DNA of 54,688 nucleotides, taken from a virus (lineage: Duplodnaviria > Heunggongvirae > Uroviricota > Caudoviricetes). Shown here piece after piece: positions 28,989 to 37,773 of the stretch (position 1 is the first letter of the stretch; each line of letters opens with the position of its first letter). The notes below the pieces were generated by a model. It searched no databases, was not told where the DNA came from, and worked only from the letters and a program-made list of their open reading frames with translations. The DNA is taken from IMG/VR virus record IMGVR_UViG_2541047774_000008, positions 1 to 54,688 of that record. One strand, given 5' to 3'. The translations under genes were made by a program, and so were the position numbers.

Positions 28989-30404
28989 TTACAGTGGGCG
29001 CACGTCATCACCGTCAATAGCAATAACGCCATCACCTTCCAGCTTGTACAGCCAGCGCCGGAAGTGTTTCATCTCATACCCCAGCTTTTTCATATCATCG
29101 CGCAATAACGGGATAGTGCATTTATCGCTGCGCTGTGTGCGTGACCGGATACAGCCCCATAGTGCGGCGTGATTCTCCGTCTTGTTTCCGGCCTCCTCGA
29201 TGCGCTCCAGTTCAACGGGTGGGCGCGGTTTATCCACAACCACCAGCGACGTGATTAACTCCTTGTCAGCGTCGGTAAAAAGCTCCACCACACGTAAATC
29301 GTATGCAGCCTCTTTCAGTTCCTCCGCGTCCTTCATTTTGGTGCAGGAGATAACCAGGGCTTCACTGTCCGCACCTTCACGGCGAATACGGTATTCAGCA
29401 TCCAGAGATGCACGAAATGCACTGGAACCACGCGCTCCCTTTGTTTCATCCTTGCCGGAATGGTGAACCACCAGCACCGTGGCCCCTGTGCGTCGTTTCA
29501 GTTCGTCACATCCACGGATAAACGCTCCCATATCCCGCGCGTCATTTTCATCATTACCGCCAAAACAACGCGCCAGCGTATCCAGAATAATCATGCGTAC
29601 CGGTTTACCCGTTTCCCGTTCAACCTGGCGGGAAGCGATGACCATTTCATCGACATCAAGCGGGACTGCCGGAAAAATCGGGCGGTTTACCAGGTACAGA
29701 TTTTCCACCCGTTCATCATTAACGATTTCCCATGCCTTGATACGGCGGGGGACACCAATGCCACCTTCACCGACAACATACATCACCGAACCATGCGCCA
29801 CCCTGCGGCCTCCCCAGTGGCGACCCGTGGCAACATGACACGCCCAGGAACACGCGAGGAACGATTTATAGGAACCGCTCGCGCCGTATGTGCTACACAA
29901 TGAATTAGCCGGAATCACGCCCTTAACGACATAATCAAGCTGTGTGTCGTACCCTGCAGATCCAATGCTCATTGGTAGCGTGGTTTTTCGCTGGCTGTAT
30001 TGCTCGTCAGTAAGAATTTCCCCGCGCTCTGCCTGTTCGCGGATCCGTTGCAGGTAGTCGTGCCAGTTCTCCAGCTTCTGGCTGTGCATTCCCTCAGGGT
30101 AATAATTCGCATCCCGTACACCTGCCGCCGCCAGCTTTTGCCCGATGGCGTTAATATTTGACGGCTTGATGTGGCCTGCCTTGTACAGCCGGACACAATA
30201 GCGACCATCGTCGATAATTTTCAGGTCTGCCAGTTCGTCAAGCTGGCTGTCTCCCAGCCATACAGGCGGCACGTTGTCGCCAGCAAGTCGCCCGTCCTGC
30301 TCCTGCCACTGTTTCGCGTGCGCCCAGGCATCACTACCCGCAAAAATAATGACTTCGGTCATTTTGTCGTGCGGCTGTTTTTTTAAGTTCGGTGCCAGTT
30401 TCAT
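28989..30404 (-). CDS. replication protein, primase/helicase-like RecA-fold ATPase
   Basis: 471 aa; Walker A-like YGASGSYKS and Walker B-like MIILDTLARCFGGNDEND; ATG at 30404 overlaps the upstream stop. Confidence 0.75.
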   Translation of the reverse strand: MKLAPNLKKQPHDKMTEVIIFAGSDAWAHAKQWQEQDGRLAGDNVPPVWLGDSQLDELADLKIIDDGRYCVRLYKAGHIKPSNINAIGQKLAAAGVRDANYYPEGMHSQKLENWHDYLQRIREQAERGEILTDEQYSQRKTTLPMSIGSAGYDTQLDYVVKGVIPANSLCSTYGASGSYKSFLACSWACHVATGRHWGGRRVAHGSVMYVVGEGGIGVPRRIKAWEIVNDERVENLYLVNRPIFPAVPLDVDEMVIASRQVERETGKPVRMIILDTLARCFGGNDENDARDMGAFIRGCDELKRRTGATVLVVHHSGKDETKGARGSSAFRASLDAEYRIRREGADSEALVISCTKMKDAEELKEAAYDLRVVELFTDADKELITSLVVVDKPRPPVELERIEEAGNKTENHAALWGCIRSRTQRSDKCTIPLLRDDMKKLGYEMKHFRRWLYKLEGDGVIAIDGDDVRPL

Positions 30405-30700
30405 TTTTTACCCCTGAATGCGTTAATCATGTTTTTCATTTTCTGAATGTTTGCCCGTGCCTTTGCGTTGCTGGTGGGCTGTTTGTGTGGTGTGGCCTGT
30501 TCCAGAGAAAAATCACGCCGGAACTGATAAACAGGCATCACGCAGTCGTAGCTGTACCCATCACGGCGGTAAGTAACGCACCGTCCGGCAATACTTTTAA
30601 TCGTTACCGTGCCGCCGTAGTTATCCCGGAAAATATCGCCGGGGCGGATTTCAGGCCGAGCGGGGCCACTGGCAGTAAAGCCAGAATTTTTCTGTTTCAT
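30401..30700 (-). CDS. hypothetical protein (99 aa)
   Basis: ORF translationally coupled to rep. Confidence 0.45.
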   Translation of the reverse strand: MKQKNSGFTASGPARPEIRPGDIFRDNYGGTVTIKSIAGRCVTYRRDGYSYDCVMPVYQFRRDFSLEQATPHKQPTSNAKARANIQKMKNMINAFRGKK

Positions 30701-30730
30701 GGTTTTATTTTCCTGTCAGTGATTCCGGTT

Positions 30731-30904
30731 TTATTCCGGCGCGAATACAGGCTTCAGAAAAAAAGCCAGAGAACCAACAAACTCATCATTTCTAAGACGG
30801 CATTGTGATTTTACTTTCCCTTTATCCAGGAATATTAAAACGCGCCCTGTGTAATCTGATGGCACATTCAGCACGACAGGTAAGTGCGCTTCATGATTAT
30901 GCAT
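30731..30904 (-). CDS. hypothetical small protein (57 aa)
   Basis: Not in the ORF track (under 60 aa); ATG at 30904 preceded by GAGGGGG; translates MHNHEAHLPVVLNVPSDYTGRVLIFLDKGKVKSQCR... Confidence 0.3.
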   Translation of the reverse strand: MHNHEAHLPVVLNVPSDYTGRVLIFLDKGKVKSQCRLRNDEFVGSLAFFLKPVFAPE

Positions 30905-31365
30905 GGTTCACCCCCTCAGGGAATTTTCTTCTGTAACGCGCCTCTGCCACATATTCAGCATAGTCCGACGCAATAACGAGAATATCGCTGCCTGTTCCTG
31001 AATGCTCAGTGGTTCCAATTAAAAAACATGCGGCCTTTATCAGGTCATTAACAACCAGCAACGCATCACCCGCATCATCCGATACGCCATCAAATTCCTG
31101 TTTCAGGGCATTAAAACGATCATCACGCATAACCCCCCCCCCCATTTTCACAATCAGCAATCAGGATAGCCCTGGCCTCATTCAGTGCCATATCAGCACT
31201 AAATTGCATAACAGCCAGTGAGTGAGGAACGAAAGCCCCGGCATATTCTGTTTCGCTGGTAGCGTGCTTATGCGCCCTGTCTGCGATAACAGAAATATCA
31301 ATCAGCGCATCAATCAGTGTTTTGATGGCTTCGGCGGCTGCGTCCGGACGGGTGTCATTGCACAT
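30897..31365 (-). CDS. hypothetical gene split by a frameshift in an 11-nt homopolymer (ORFs 31123-31365 and 30897-31160)
   Basis: Upstream ORF ends ...ENGGGGYA and downstream begins MGGGVMRDD across C11 (plus strand) at 31133-31143; a 10-nt run would fuse them into about 165 aa. Confidence 0.5.
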
Positions 31366-31723
31366 GGCGCACCCCCTGACGAATACGGGCGGCGAATACC
31401 ATCACGCAGCCAGCCGGGGATTGCTGGCGTGCTTCCTGTTCGCTGGTGGCCTCAATGGTAATCACGCGCGGTTGTGCCGTGCTCAGGGCGATAAAACGCC
31501 AGATAAAATTGTTCTCGCATTTCTGAATAAACAGCGTGTTTTCTTCGCGCCCTTTCCATGTTGCCGAGATATAGCCCATGTCATTGAGCATCTCGCAGGC
31601 ATCCACCAGCGTATCAGCGGCTACGTGTACAGTGTTTTTACCGTCAGCCATGCAATCACGGTGCACCGCCAGGAAGGTGTATATAAATTTAGGGTGAGTT
31701 TGGGTATGCTGTGTTCCAGCCAT
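31355..31723 (-). CDS. hypothetical protein (122 aa)
   Basis: Codon-like 3' portion of the long 31355-32596 ORF; ATG at 31723 with GGAG RBS (MAGTQHTQTHPKFIY...). Confidence 0.5.
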   Translation of the reverse strand: MAGTQHTQTHPKFIYTFLAVHRDCMADGKNTVHVAADTLVDACEMLNDMGYISATWKGREENTLFIQKCENNFIWRFIALSTAQPRVITIEATSEQEARQQSPAGCVMVFAARIRQGVRHVQ

Positions 31724-31798
31724 AATCGTTACTCCAGTTAACGGTTTGGTTAGACGCCCTGCATGTGTTGCGAGCACTGCGGGGCGTCGCTCTTTTAG

Positions 31799-31844
31799 GT
31801 GTATTTCACCTTTGCTTTTTAATTTACTCACTGGTGAAATACAC
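31799..31844. promoter_or_regulatory. perfect 12-bp inverted repeat GTGTATTTCACC-N22-GGTGAAATACAC in the island divergent intergenic region (putative operator)
   Basis: Lies between minus-strand gene 31355-31723 and the plus-strand regulator at 31911. Confidence 0.5.
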
Positions 31845-31910
31845 TTCAAGCCTTTTTTTATCATTTTTTTTGCGTATACTGACATACACCAATTTTTAGG
31901 AGATCCAGAA

Positions 31911-32090
31911 ATGGCAACTGGTGCAAAGAACGCAAAATCACAAATGACAACTGTCAGAATCCCACATGAAGTAATGGATGATATTGAGCAACTTAAAGAA
32001 CCTGGCGAAAGTACCGCTGGTTTTTTAGTTACTGCCGCAAAAGGCGAGATCAAACGCCGCCAGCGTCGCAAGGCCAAAGAGCAGGAATAA
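31911..32090 (+). CDS. small DNA-binding regulator, possibly ribbon-helix-helix (59 aa)
   Basis: ATG at 31911 with AGGAG RBS; MATGAKNAKSQMTTVRIPHEVMDDIEQL... and basic C-terminus; divergent from the replication block. Confidence 0.5.
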   Translation: MATGAKNAKSQMTTVRIPHEVMDDIEQLKEPGESTAGFLVTAAKGEIKRRQRRKAKEQE

Positions 32091-32144
32091 CCATCACCAG
32101 CGCCGTGGTGTGAGGAATCACGGCGGCAACCATAGGAGTAAAAG

Positions 32145-32297
32145 ATGCCAAAACTTAAAAATTGTGCACTCTGTGCGATTGTTCTAATTGTCGCCGCCTT
32201 TATCTTAAAATCATGCTTCGAGAAAAAGAATCTTTGCGGAAGCAATGAAGGCGATATATTACGGCGTGCTTGCGATATAGAGTTGAAAAAAAGTTGA
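32145..32297 (+). CDS. small Cys-rich hydrophobic peptide (50 aa)
   Basis: Not in the ORF track; ATG at 32145 with AGGAG 5 nt upstream; MPKLKNCALCAIVLIVAAFILKSCFEKK...; hairpin with U-run downstream. Confidence 0.35.
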   Translation: MPKLKNCALCAIVLIVAAFILKSCFEKKNLCGSNEGDILRRACDIELKKS

Positions 32298-32740
32298 TCA
32301 TAACCTAACCGCGACAATGCCGTAGTTTCTGTAATTACAGAACAGCTCAGGATTTGCCCACCAGCCGTAAATGTGGCATTGTTGGTTATGCTCATGCGTT
32401 GGGGATAACGTGTAGCTTGTGTCGAGGGGCCACCGTAGCGGGTGGCCTTTGTTTTGCCTGTTATCCTGCAACTATGGTCATTTCGACCACGGTTGATATA
32501 ATCCCCCCGCACAGATTCATTTTTTGCGCAGTAGGTTAATTGTTCGCAAGGGCGCTCCGGTAACGGGGCGCTTTTTGTTTTTACCCACCAGCACAATAAA
32601 AATCTTCATTTTCCATTTTTGTAAAATTTCATGCTTTCCGGACGACTGGTCATATGTCATTTTTTAGCAGAAGATTTTGCCTTGCTGGTGGGTAGCTTCC
32701 CGGTCAACACGATGTACCGTATAATCAACACCGCGTGTGG

Positions 32741-33319
32741 TTACTGAATACGCTCACCAAAGTAAAACTCAGGCTGGTATTCACGTATCAGCCTTTTTTC
32801 TTCTTCCTCCAGCTCACGCTTTTTGCGCTTACATGCCTGTAGCTCCCTCCCCTTCTCACTAGCACTTATCTGGTATTGCTCTTTGCGGCGAGAAAAATCC
32901 TGTAATGCGCCCCACGGGATACCATAAGCCCCCGTTTTTCTGATACCCGGTATCACATTTCTGAATACCCAGTTACTGAAACGATGGGCGAACGTGCCAG
33001 GCGTCGTTGCTTTGCGGCTGCGGGCTATTAGTTTGTAGAAACCTGACTCAGAGATAATGCTCATATTCTGATTTCCTCCGGGGGTGTAAGTTAAATTTAC
33101 TCCCTTTTCATCATCATCAAGCATCTGCAACGCCGTACGCGAATTGGTCAGCTCCAGCGCAGCGCAAACATCCTTTGCAACAAACCACGGATCGCCGTTC
33201 AGATACACCACGCGAACGTTCACACCATCAAAGCGCAGAACGACCAGATCACGAATATCACAGAATTTTTTCACATGACGTGCGTCACCCTTGCCCGTCA
33301 CGGCAATATTTTTATTCAT
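32741..33319 (-). CDS. Bro-N domain protein (antirepressor-like)
   Basis: 192 aa; N-terminal LRFDGVNVRVVYLNGDPWFVAKDVCAALEL matches the Bro-N pattern; coiled-coil C-terminus. Confidence 0.7.
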   Translation of the reverse strand: MNKNIAVTGKGDARHVKKFCDIRDLVVLRFDGVNVRVVYLNGDPWFVAKDVCAALELTNSRTALQMLDDDEKGVNLTYTPGGNQNMSIISESGFYKLIARSRKATTPGTFAHRFSNWVFRNVIPGIRKTGAYGIPWGALQDFSRRKEQYQISASEKGRELQACKRKKRELEEEEKRLIREYQPEFYFGERIQ

Positions 33320-33376
33320 CGCTTTCTACCTCACATACAAAAAACCCCGCATTGCGTGGTGCGGGGTTGTCGGTAA

Positions 33377-33655
33377 TTACTTATTGGCGTTTTTGTATGG
33401 GCTGTTTACTTCCTTTACTCCTGGCGGATGCATAACCCACCAGAGCACATCAGAGAGCAACCAGGAAACAGACACTTTCCCTAAATGAGCACGAGCAGGA
33501 AATGCTCCCTCCTGTTCAAGTACCCAACGTCTGCTTCTTGAAAGCCCGGTACGATTGGCACACTCATGTTCGCGTATACGGCGATCATACGGTTCGCCAT
33601 GTTCTTTCAGAATCTGAATGCGTTCTTCGGGTGTAGGATAAATAAATTTTTGCAT
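33377..33655 (-). CDS. AlpA-like small DNA-binding protein
   Basis: ORF 33377-33685; start placed at the internal Met (MQKFIYPTPE...), coordinate by arithmetic; HTH-like segment; next to a second AlpA-like gene and int. Confidence 0.5.
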   Translation of the reverse strand: MQKFIYPTPEERIQILKEHGEPYDRRIREHECANRTGLSRSRRWVLEQEGAFPARAHLGKVSVSWLLSDVLWWVMHPPGVKEVNSPYKNANK

Positions 33656-33718
33656 AAAAATATCACCTATAAAAAAACCCGCCAAAAGACGGGTTGATTA
33701 TATCTCATTTAATTTAGT

Positions 33719-33952
33719 TCAGGGTTTCCATTCACCCTTTACCCATTCCAGCACCTCAGATAAGCGCCAGACTTTTGTTTGTGGGCCAATACATATTTTT
33801 CGTGGAAATTTTCCTTCCTTTTCAAGTAACGATCTGTGTCTCCTGCCAAGAGCGGTTAACCATGCACATTCATCTTCCTTAATCATCCTGTCGATTGTTT
33901 CATCATTTTCAAGTTCTTCACGCGTAACTATTTGAATCATTACTGTCACCAC
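33719..33952 (-). CDS. alpA: AlpA-family transcriptional regulator
   Basis: 77 aa with AlpA-like HTH (AWLTALGRRHRSLLEKEGKFP); immediately downstream of int. Confidence 0.65.
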   Translation of the reverse strand: MVTVMIQIVTREELENDETIDRMIKEDECAWLTALGRRHRSLLEKEGKFPRKICIGPQTKVWRLSEVLEWVKGEWKP

Positions 33953-35141
33953 TAATTTGCTTATTCAGATAGTCGTACCACCAGTTCATAGCTTCTTTTT
34001 TTCTGTCCATATACTGGCTTCTGTTATAAACCCCGGCAACACCGCCTAATGTGTGCCCAAGCAACTGTTCAACCACATTATGTTCAAAACCATGATCACT
34101 TAGTTTTGTGGCAAACACTCTTCGCATATCATGCGCCGTCCATTTCTCCGAGTGTTTCATCCTTTTCCATGTCTTACCGATAGTTACGCTTGCCGTACAC
34201 TGACGCATATCAAACCCAATCACATTTTCTTTGTTACCTGTTATTTTTTTTAACGTAACTAACCAGTTAAACATGCCATCAGGAATCGGTCTGATTATTT
34301 CCCTGCCATTTTTGCTATGATCAGCGGGAACGCGCCATAATTTCTTATCAAAATCCCACTCTACCCAGGACGACAGTAATACTTCTGACAGTCGACAACC
34401 AAAAACTACCAGGAAACGTAAAATAATTCGGTTTTCATATGATAATTCGTGATTGTCATAATCAGTATTAATACTTCGCCATAAATCTCTGATTTCATCA
34501 TCTGTTAAAACCCTGCTTCTTCGCGCAGACTTTTTTCCCACATCACAGACCTCAAGATCATCAATTTCATGACTAATCGCGTATTTTCTTACCCTACAAA
34601 ATTTAAGCGCCTGTTTTGATATACGCAACAAAGCTCCGGCCTGTACAGGTGCTACTTTTTTTATTTTGTCAAAACACTTGATCCACATAGATATAGAGCA
34701 ATCACTAAGTGGTACATGACCAATCACCGGATAAATATGTTTACCAAAGCACTGCCTGATATGTTCTGCTCCCCTACGCTTATCCATTGCATAATTATCA
34801 AGCCAGTATTCAAGTGCCTCACGAACGGTAACAGGTTGCAAGGTGGCTTCCCGTTCAATTTTTATCTGAATCCGTGGATCTCTGCCCTCCGCAAGCCAGG
34901 TTCGACACTGATCGCGCATCTCTCTCGCTGATTTGAGACTCAGATCAGGATATTTTCCAAGTGTCAGCCAGATGGGCGCGGTTCCCCTTCCCGCCAGTCT
35001 GTAAAAGAAAACAAAACTAACACATCCGTATTTACTGACCCGTACCGAAAGCCCGTTACCATCAGCGATGGTTTCCTGCCTCTCACTCCTGCGCCCAAGC
35101 AGGGAACGAAGTTTTTTATCGCTCAGTTTGTTTAGCGCCAT
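33918..35141 (-). CDS. int: tyrosine integrase, P4-like (island)
   Basis: ORF 33918-35177; first ATG at 35141 (MALNKLSDKKLRSLLG...); C-terminal catalytic region with R, H-x-x-R and Y; sits at the island right end. Confidence 0.85.
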   Translation of the reverse strand: MALNKLSDKKLRSLLGRRSERQETIADGNGLSVRVSKYGCVSFVFFYRLAGRGTAPIWLTLGKYPDLSLKSAREMRDQCRTWLAEGRDPRIQIKIEREATLQPVTVREALEYWLDNYAMDKRRGAEHIRQCFGKHIYPVIGHVPLSDCSISMWIKCFDKIKKVAPVQAGALLRISKQALKFCRVRKYAISHEIDDLEVCDVGKKSARRSRVLTDDEIRDLWRSINTDYDNHELSYENRIILRFLVVFGCRLSEVLLSSWVEWDFDKKLWRVPADHSKNGREIIRPIPDGMFNWLVTLKKITGNKENVIGFDMRQCTASVTIGKTWKRMKHSEKWTAHDMRRVFATKLSDHGFEHNVVEQLLGHTLGGVAGVYNRSQYMDRKKEAMNWWYDYLNKQISGDSNDSNSYA

Positions 35142-35161
35142 GTGATTTATAACCCGTTTTT

Positions 35162-35182
35162 GCAATACACAGTGCAATACAC
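35162..35182. repeat. 21-bp subterminal direct repeat GCAATACACAGTGCAATACAC (putative integrase arm-type site), right end
   Basis: Direct repeat of 20424-20444 with one mismatch; just upstream of the int start. Confidence 0.6.
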
Positions 35183-35312
35183 AAATGATGAAAACAGCCA
35201 GAACCTTCCAGAAAAAACAAAAACGACGAACAAGAAAAAATCTTTTTCTTTCATTTGGTTACTAAAAAAATCAGGACAGGTCGCACTGTTGTTACGGCGT
35301 GATGTTACTTTC

Positions 35313-35319
35313 TTGGTAA
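35313..35319. repeat. right copy of 7-bp direct repeat TTGGTAA at the island boundary (putative att core)
   Basis: Matches 20342-20348; lies within the FFTKK codons of the terL 5' fragment. Confidence 0.6.
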
Positions 35320-36340
35320 AAAAATTCACCCGCGCAGAGACCTGTTCTTTCGCTTTTTTCGCCAGGCGACGCAGATCATCCCAGCGTTTACAGATGCCCA
35401 GGCCGGGATTCGCTTTCTGCCAGACCGTTTCATCAAACGGATCATCTCCCTCATCGAGGGTGTAAATAATCGCAAAGTAGGAGTCGTCTTTTACAGCGCC
35501 CTCCACATCGCTGTTATAGCCACGCAATACCTTGATGGCGTAATCACGCTGCTCGTAACAAATCCCTTCCTTGTTAAACCCTGCCGTGGTGATACCAAAT
35601 AACAGGGACTGCAGGCGGGCACCGGTTGCCGTTTCCAGAACGTCCCACACGTCGCGGGTTTTATGTGCATGCAGCTCATCAATAATGGCGCAGTGGATGT
35701 TCAGACCATCCAGGTTGTTTGCATCCGAGGAAAGCGGTTCAAATTTTGATGCGCTCTGCTCCTGGTAAATCGCCAGCTTGTTGAAATCAAACAACCGCCC
35801 GAGTGTCGACCGGGCTTTTCTGACCATATTTTTGGCGTCTTCAAACACAATTCTGGCCTGGTCACGCGTGGTGGCGGCTGAATACACCTCAGCACCGCCT
35901 TCACCATCTGCCCCCGTCATATACAGGCCGATACCCGATGACAGAGTTGATTTTGCGTTTTTACGGGCGACTTCGTTGTACGCCGTCCGGAACCGGCGCA
36001 CCATCACCGGACGTCCGCTGCCATCGCTGCGCATGACAACTTCCCCGGTCTCTTCATTCACCAGCGGAATGACAAAACCAAAAATATTAATGAGGATAAA
36101 TACATGCCAGTCCATCAGTTCAATGGGCTGGCCTGCCAGCGCCCCTTTTACATGAGGCACAAATTTGTAGAAATTCAGGATGTGCTGCGCACGGGGTTCA
36201 CTGAAATAAATCCCCCGCTCTTCGCCGTACTTCAGATCATCAAGAAAACGCTGGCAGGCCAAGCGGACAAATTCGCCAGCAACAATTTCTCCTGCGACAA
36301 CACGTTCGGCGTAGCGGATCCCGTCAGCCACTTTTGCCAT
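35313..36340 (-). pseudogene. 5' fragment of prophage terminase large subunit gene (ATPase domain), separated from its 3' part by the island
   Basis: ORF 35147-36340; Walker A-like EVARKNAKST and Walker B-like AIIDELHAH; similarity to the island TerL stops at ...ARVNFFTKK, after which the frame runs into island DNA. Confidence 0.8.
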
Positions 36341-36822
36341 CAGTCTCTCGCTTTTAAAAGCTCCGCCAGCGGATCAACATCATCCGGTCCGGCGATATTT
36401 ACTTTAGCCCGGCTTGCCGGTGACATACCAAACTCTGCAAGCATTGCCCGGATCCGCTTCCAGGCATCCGCTTTCATTGCCGCCGCGGGGTGCGCCTTAA
36501 TCAGTACATCACCGCTCTGCGTTTCCGTGCGGTAGGTATACCCCTCAACATCGAGTGTTTCGCAGTGATGCCGATATTCGGTGTAGGCTTCCACCAGCAA
36601 CTCGAGCGCACGCGCATCAAGCTGAGAAATGATCCCTTCCGCATTCAGCTCTTCCGCCATTCGCCTGAACCAGTACTTCCCCTGAGCCCCTAAATGCTGC
36701 GGAATTTTAGGAAGACCTTTTTCATCCTTTTTAGCGGTTTTTTTGTGGTCTTTAACGGGGCGCTTTGAGGGGTTGCCTCGAATCAAATGCAGGCGTGGCG
36801 GGGTTTTCGGAGGTCCTGACAT
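36340..36822 (-). CDS. terminase small subunit, P27 family (prophage)
   Basis: 160 aa starting MSGPPKTP; directly upstream of the terL 5' fragment. Confidence 0.75.
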   Translation of the reverse strand: MSGPPKTPPRLHLIRGNPSKRPVKDHKKTAKKDEKGLPKIPQHLGAQGKYWFRRMAEELNAEGIISQLDARALELLVEAYTEYRHHCETLDVEGYTYRTETQSGDVLIKAHPAAAMKADAWKRIRAMLAEFGMSPASRAKVNIAGPDDVDPLAELLKARD

Positions 36823-36970
36823 AATCGGTCTTACCTATCAATCGTTTGTTCACATTTCCAAAAAAAAGTTTTCGAACCTGCGGCGATGTGAGGAAGGGTC
36901 AGGCGGCGGTACTGAGCAGCCAGGGTTGCAGAGATTTGACCCGCCCCTCCCCTACAGATGGGAACTGTTA

Positions 36971-37321
36971 TCAATTGATGCGTTCGCGCGCTGTTTTTGC
37001 TTTATGACAGGGCCAGCACAGACTCTGCAGGTTACTGTCTGCATCCGTGCCACCATGAGCTTTCGGAATGATGTGGTCCACAGTTCTGGCTTCAACGGCT
37101 CTCCCATTGCGCAGGCAGTTCTGACACAGATGATTATCACGCTTCAGTATGCGCGCACGTATGGCATCCCATTTCGAGCCATAGCCACGCTGGTGGCGGC
37201 TCAGTCCGCGTTGATGCTGTACCCATCCTTCGCCACGATGTTTATCGCAGTAACCAGAACTGTCTGTGGTTGTACCTGCACATCCACGCTTACGGCAGGC
37301 GCGTGGGATTCGTGATGGCAT
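36971..37321 (-). CDS. HNH endonuclease (packaging-associated)
   Basis: 116 aa with Cys pairs and HNH motif (DHIIPKAHGGTD...H). Confidence 0.85.
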   Translation of the reverse strand: MPSRIPRACRKRGCAGTTTDSSGYCDKHRGEGWVQHQRGLSRHQRGYGSKWDAIRARILKRDNHLCQNCLRNGRAVEARTVDHIIPKAHGGTDADSNLQSLCWPCHKAKTARERIN

Positions 37322-37328
37322 AAATACC

Positions 37329-37529
37329 TCACCCCCTGTTCAGTTGAATGACGGGCTGATTCTCGATATGTTCTGCTGTCAGTCTGAAAGTCACAGTGAC
37401 TGTTGGTGGCTCGCCTCCGCGTGACTCTGTCCTGGCGGAAAGCTGCCCTTCCAGTAACTCACCATCAACTGCAATCCCATACCCTGCGAAATGTTTACCA
37501 CGATACAGTTTAGCGACCTGAAACTTCAT
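37329..37529 (-). CDS. hypothetical protein (66 aa)
   Basis: ORF immediately upstream of the HNH gene. Confidence 0.4.
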   Translation of the reverse strand: MKFQVAKLYRGKHFAGYGIAVDGELLEGQLSARTESRGGEPPTVTVTFRLTAEHIENQPVIQLNRG

Positions 37530-37773
37530 AACTCTTCCTTTTAGACATGTTAGACGTGAACCTGTCGCACGGCAGAGTCGCCGAAAGTTTACGGTTTACC
37601 CAGGCTCACAGCTGAAAGCCTTTCTTAGATGTGCACATGCGATATGCTTTGAATGAATTATTAAAAACTTTACTCTTTTTCAAAATTTCGAATCCTGGCT
37701 CGTTAATGTTAAAGAATTAAACGTAAGAAAGTAGTATGTTGAATCGCTTATATCAAAATACATAGGACTCAAA

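Larger units (their letters stand above)
20349..35312. mobile_element. integrated capsid-forming satellite-like island (cfPICI-like), 14.96 kb, inserted in prophage terL
   Basis: Bounded by TTGGTAA direct repeats; int at the right end; AlpA, Bro-N, Rep, SSB and own MCP/protease/portal/connector/HNH/TerS/TerL; no tail or lysis genes; flanks join into an intact terL reading frame. Confidence 0.75.

Noticed and set aside
31355-32596. 413-aa minus-strand ORF spanning the island intergenic region
   Set aside because: Most of it is low-complexity read-through with an alternative start; only the last 122 codons (31355-31723) have a proper ATG, RBS and protein-like composition.
20424-35182. The 21-bp GCAATACAC repeats as the att core
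   Set aside because: Using them as the crossover leaves about 190 bp of non-terminase sequence inside the joined terL, whereas joining at TTGGTAA restores a seamless frame; they fit better as arm-type sites.
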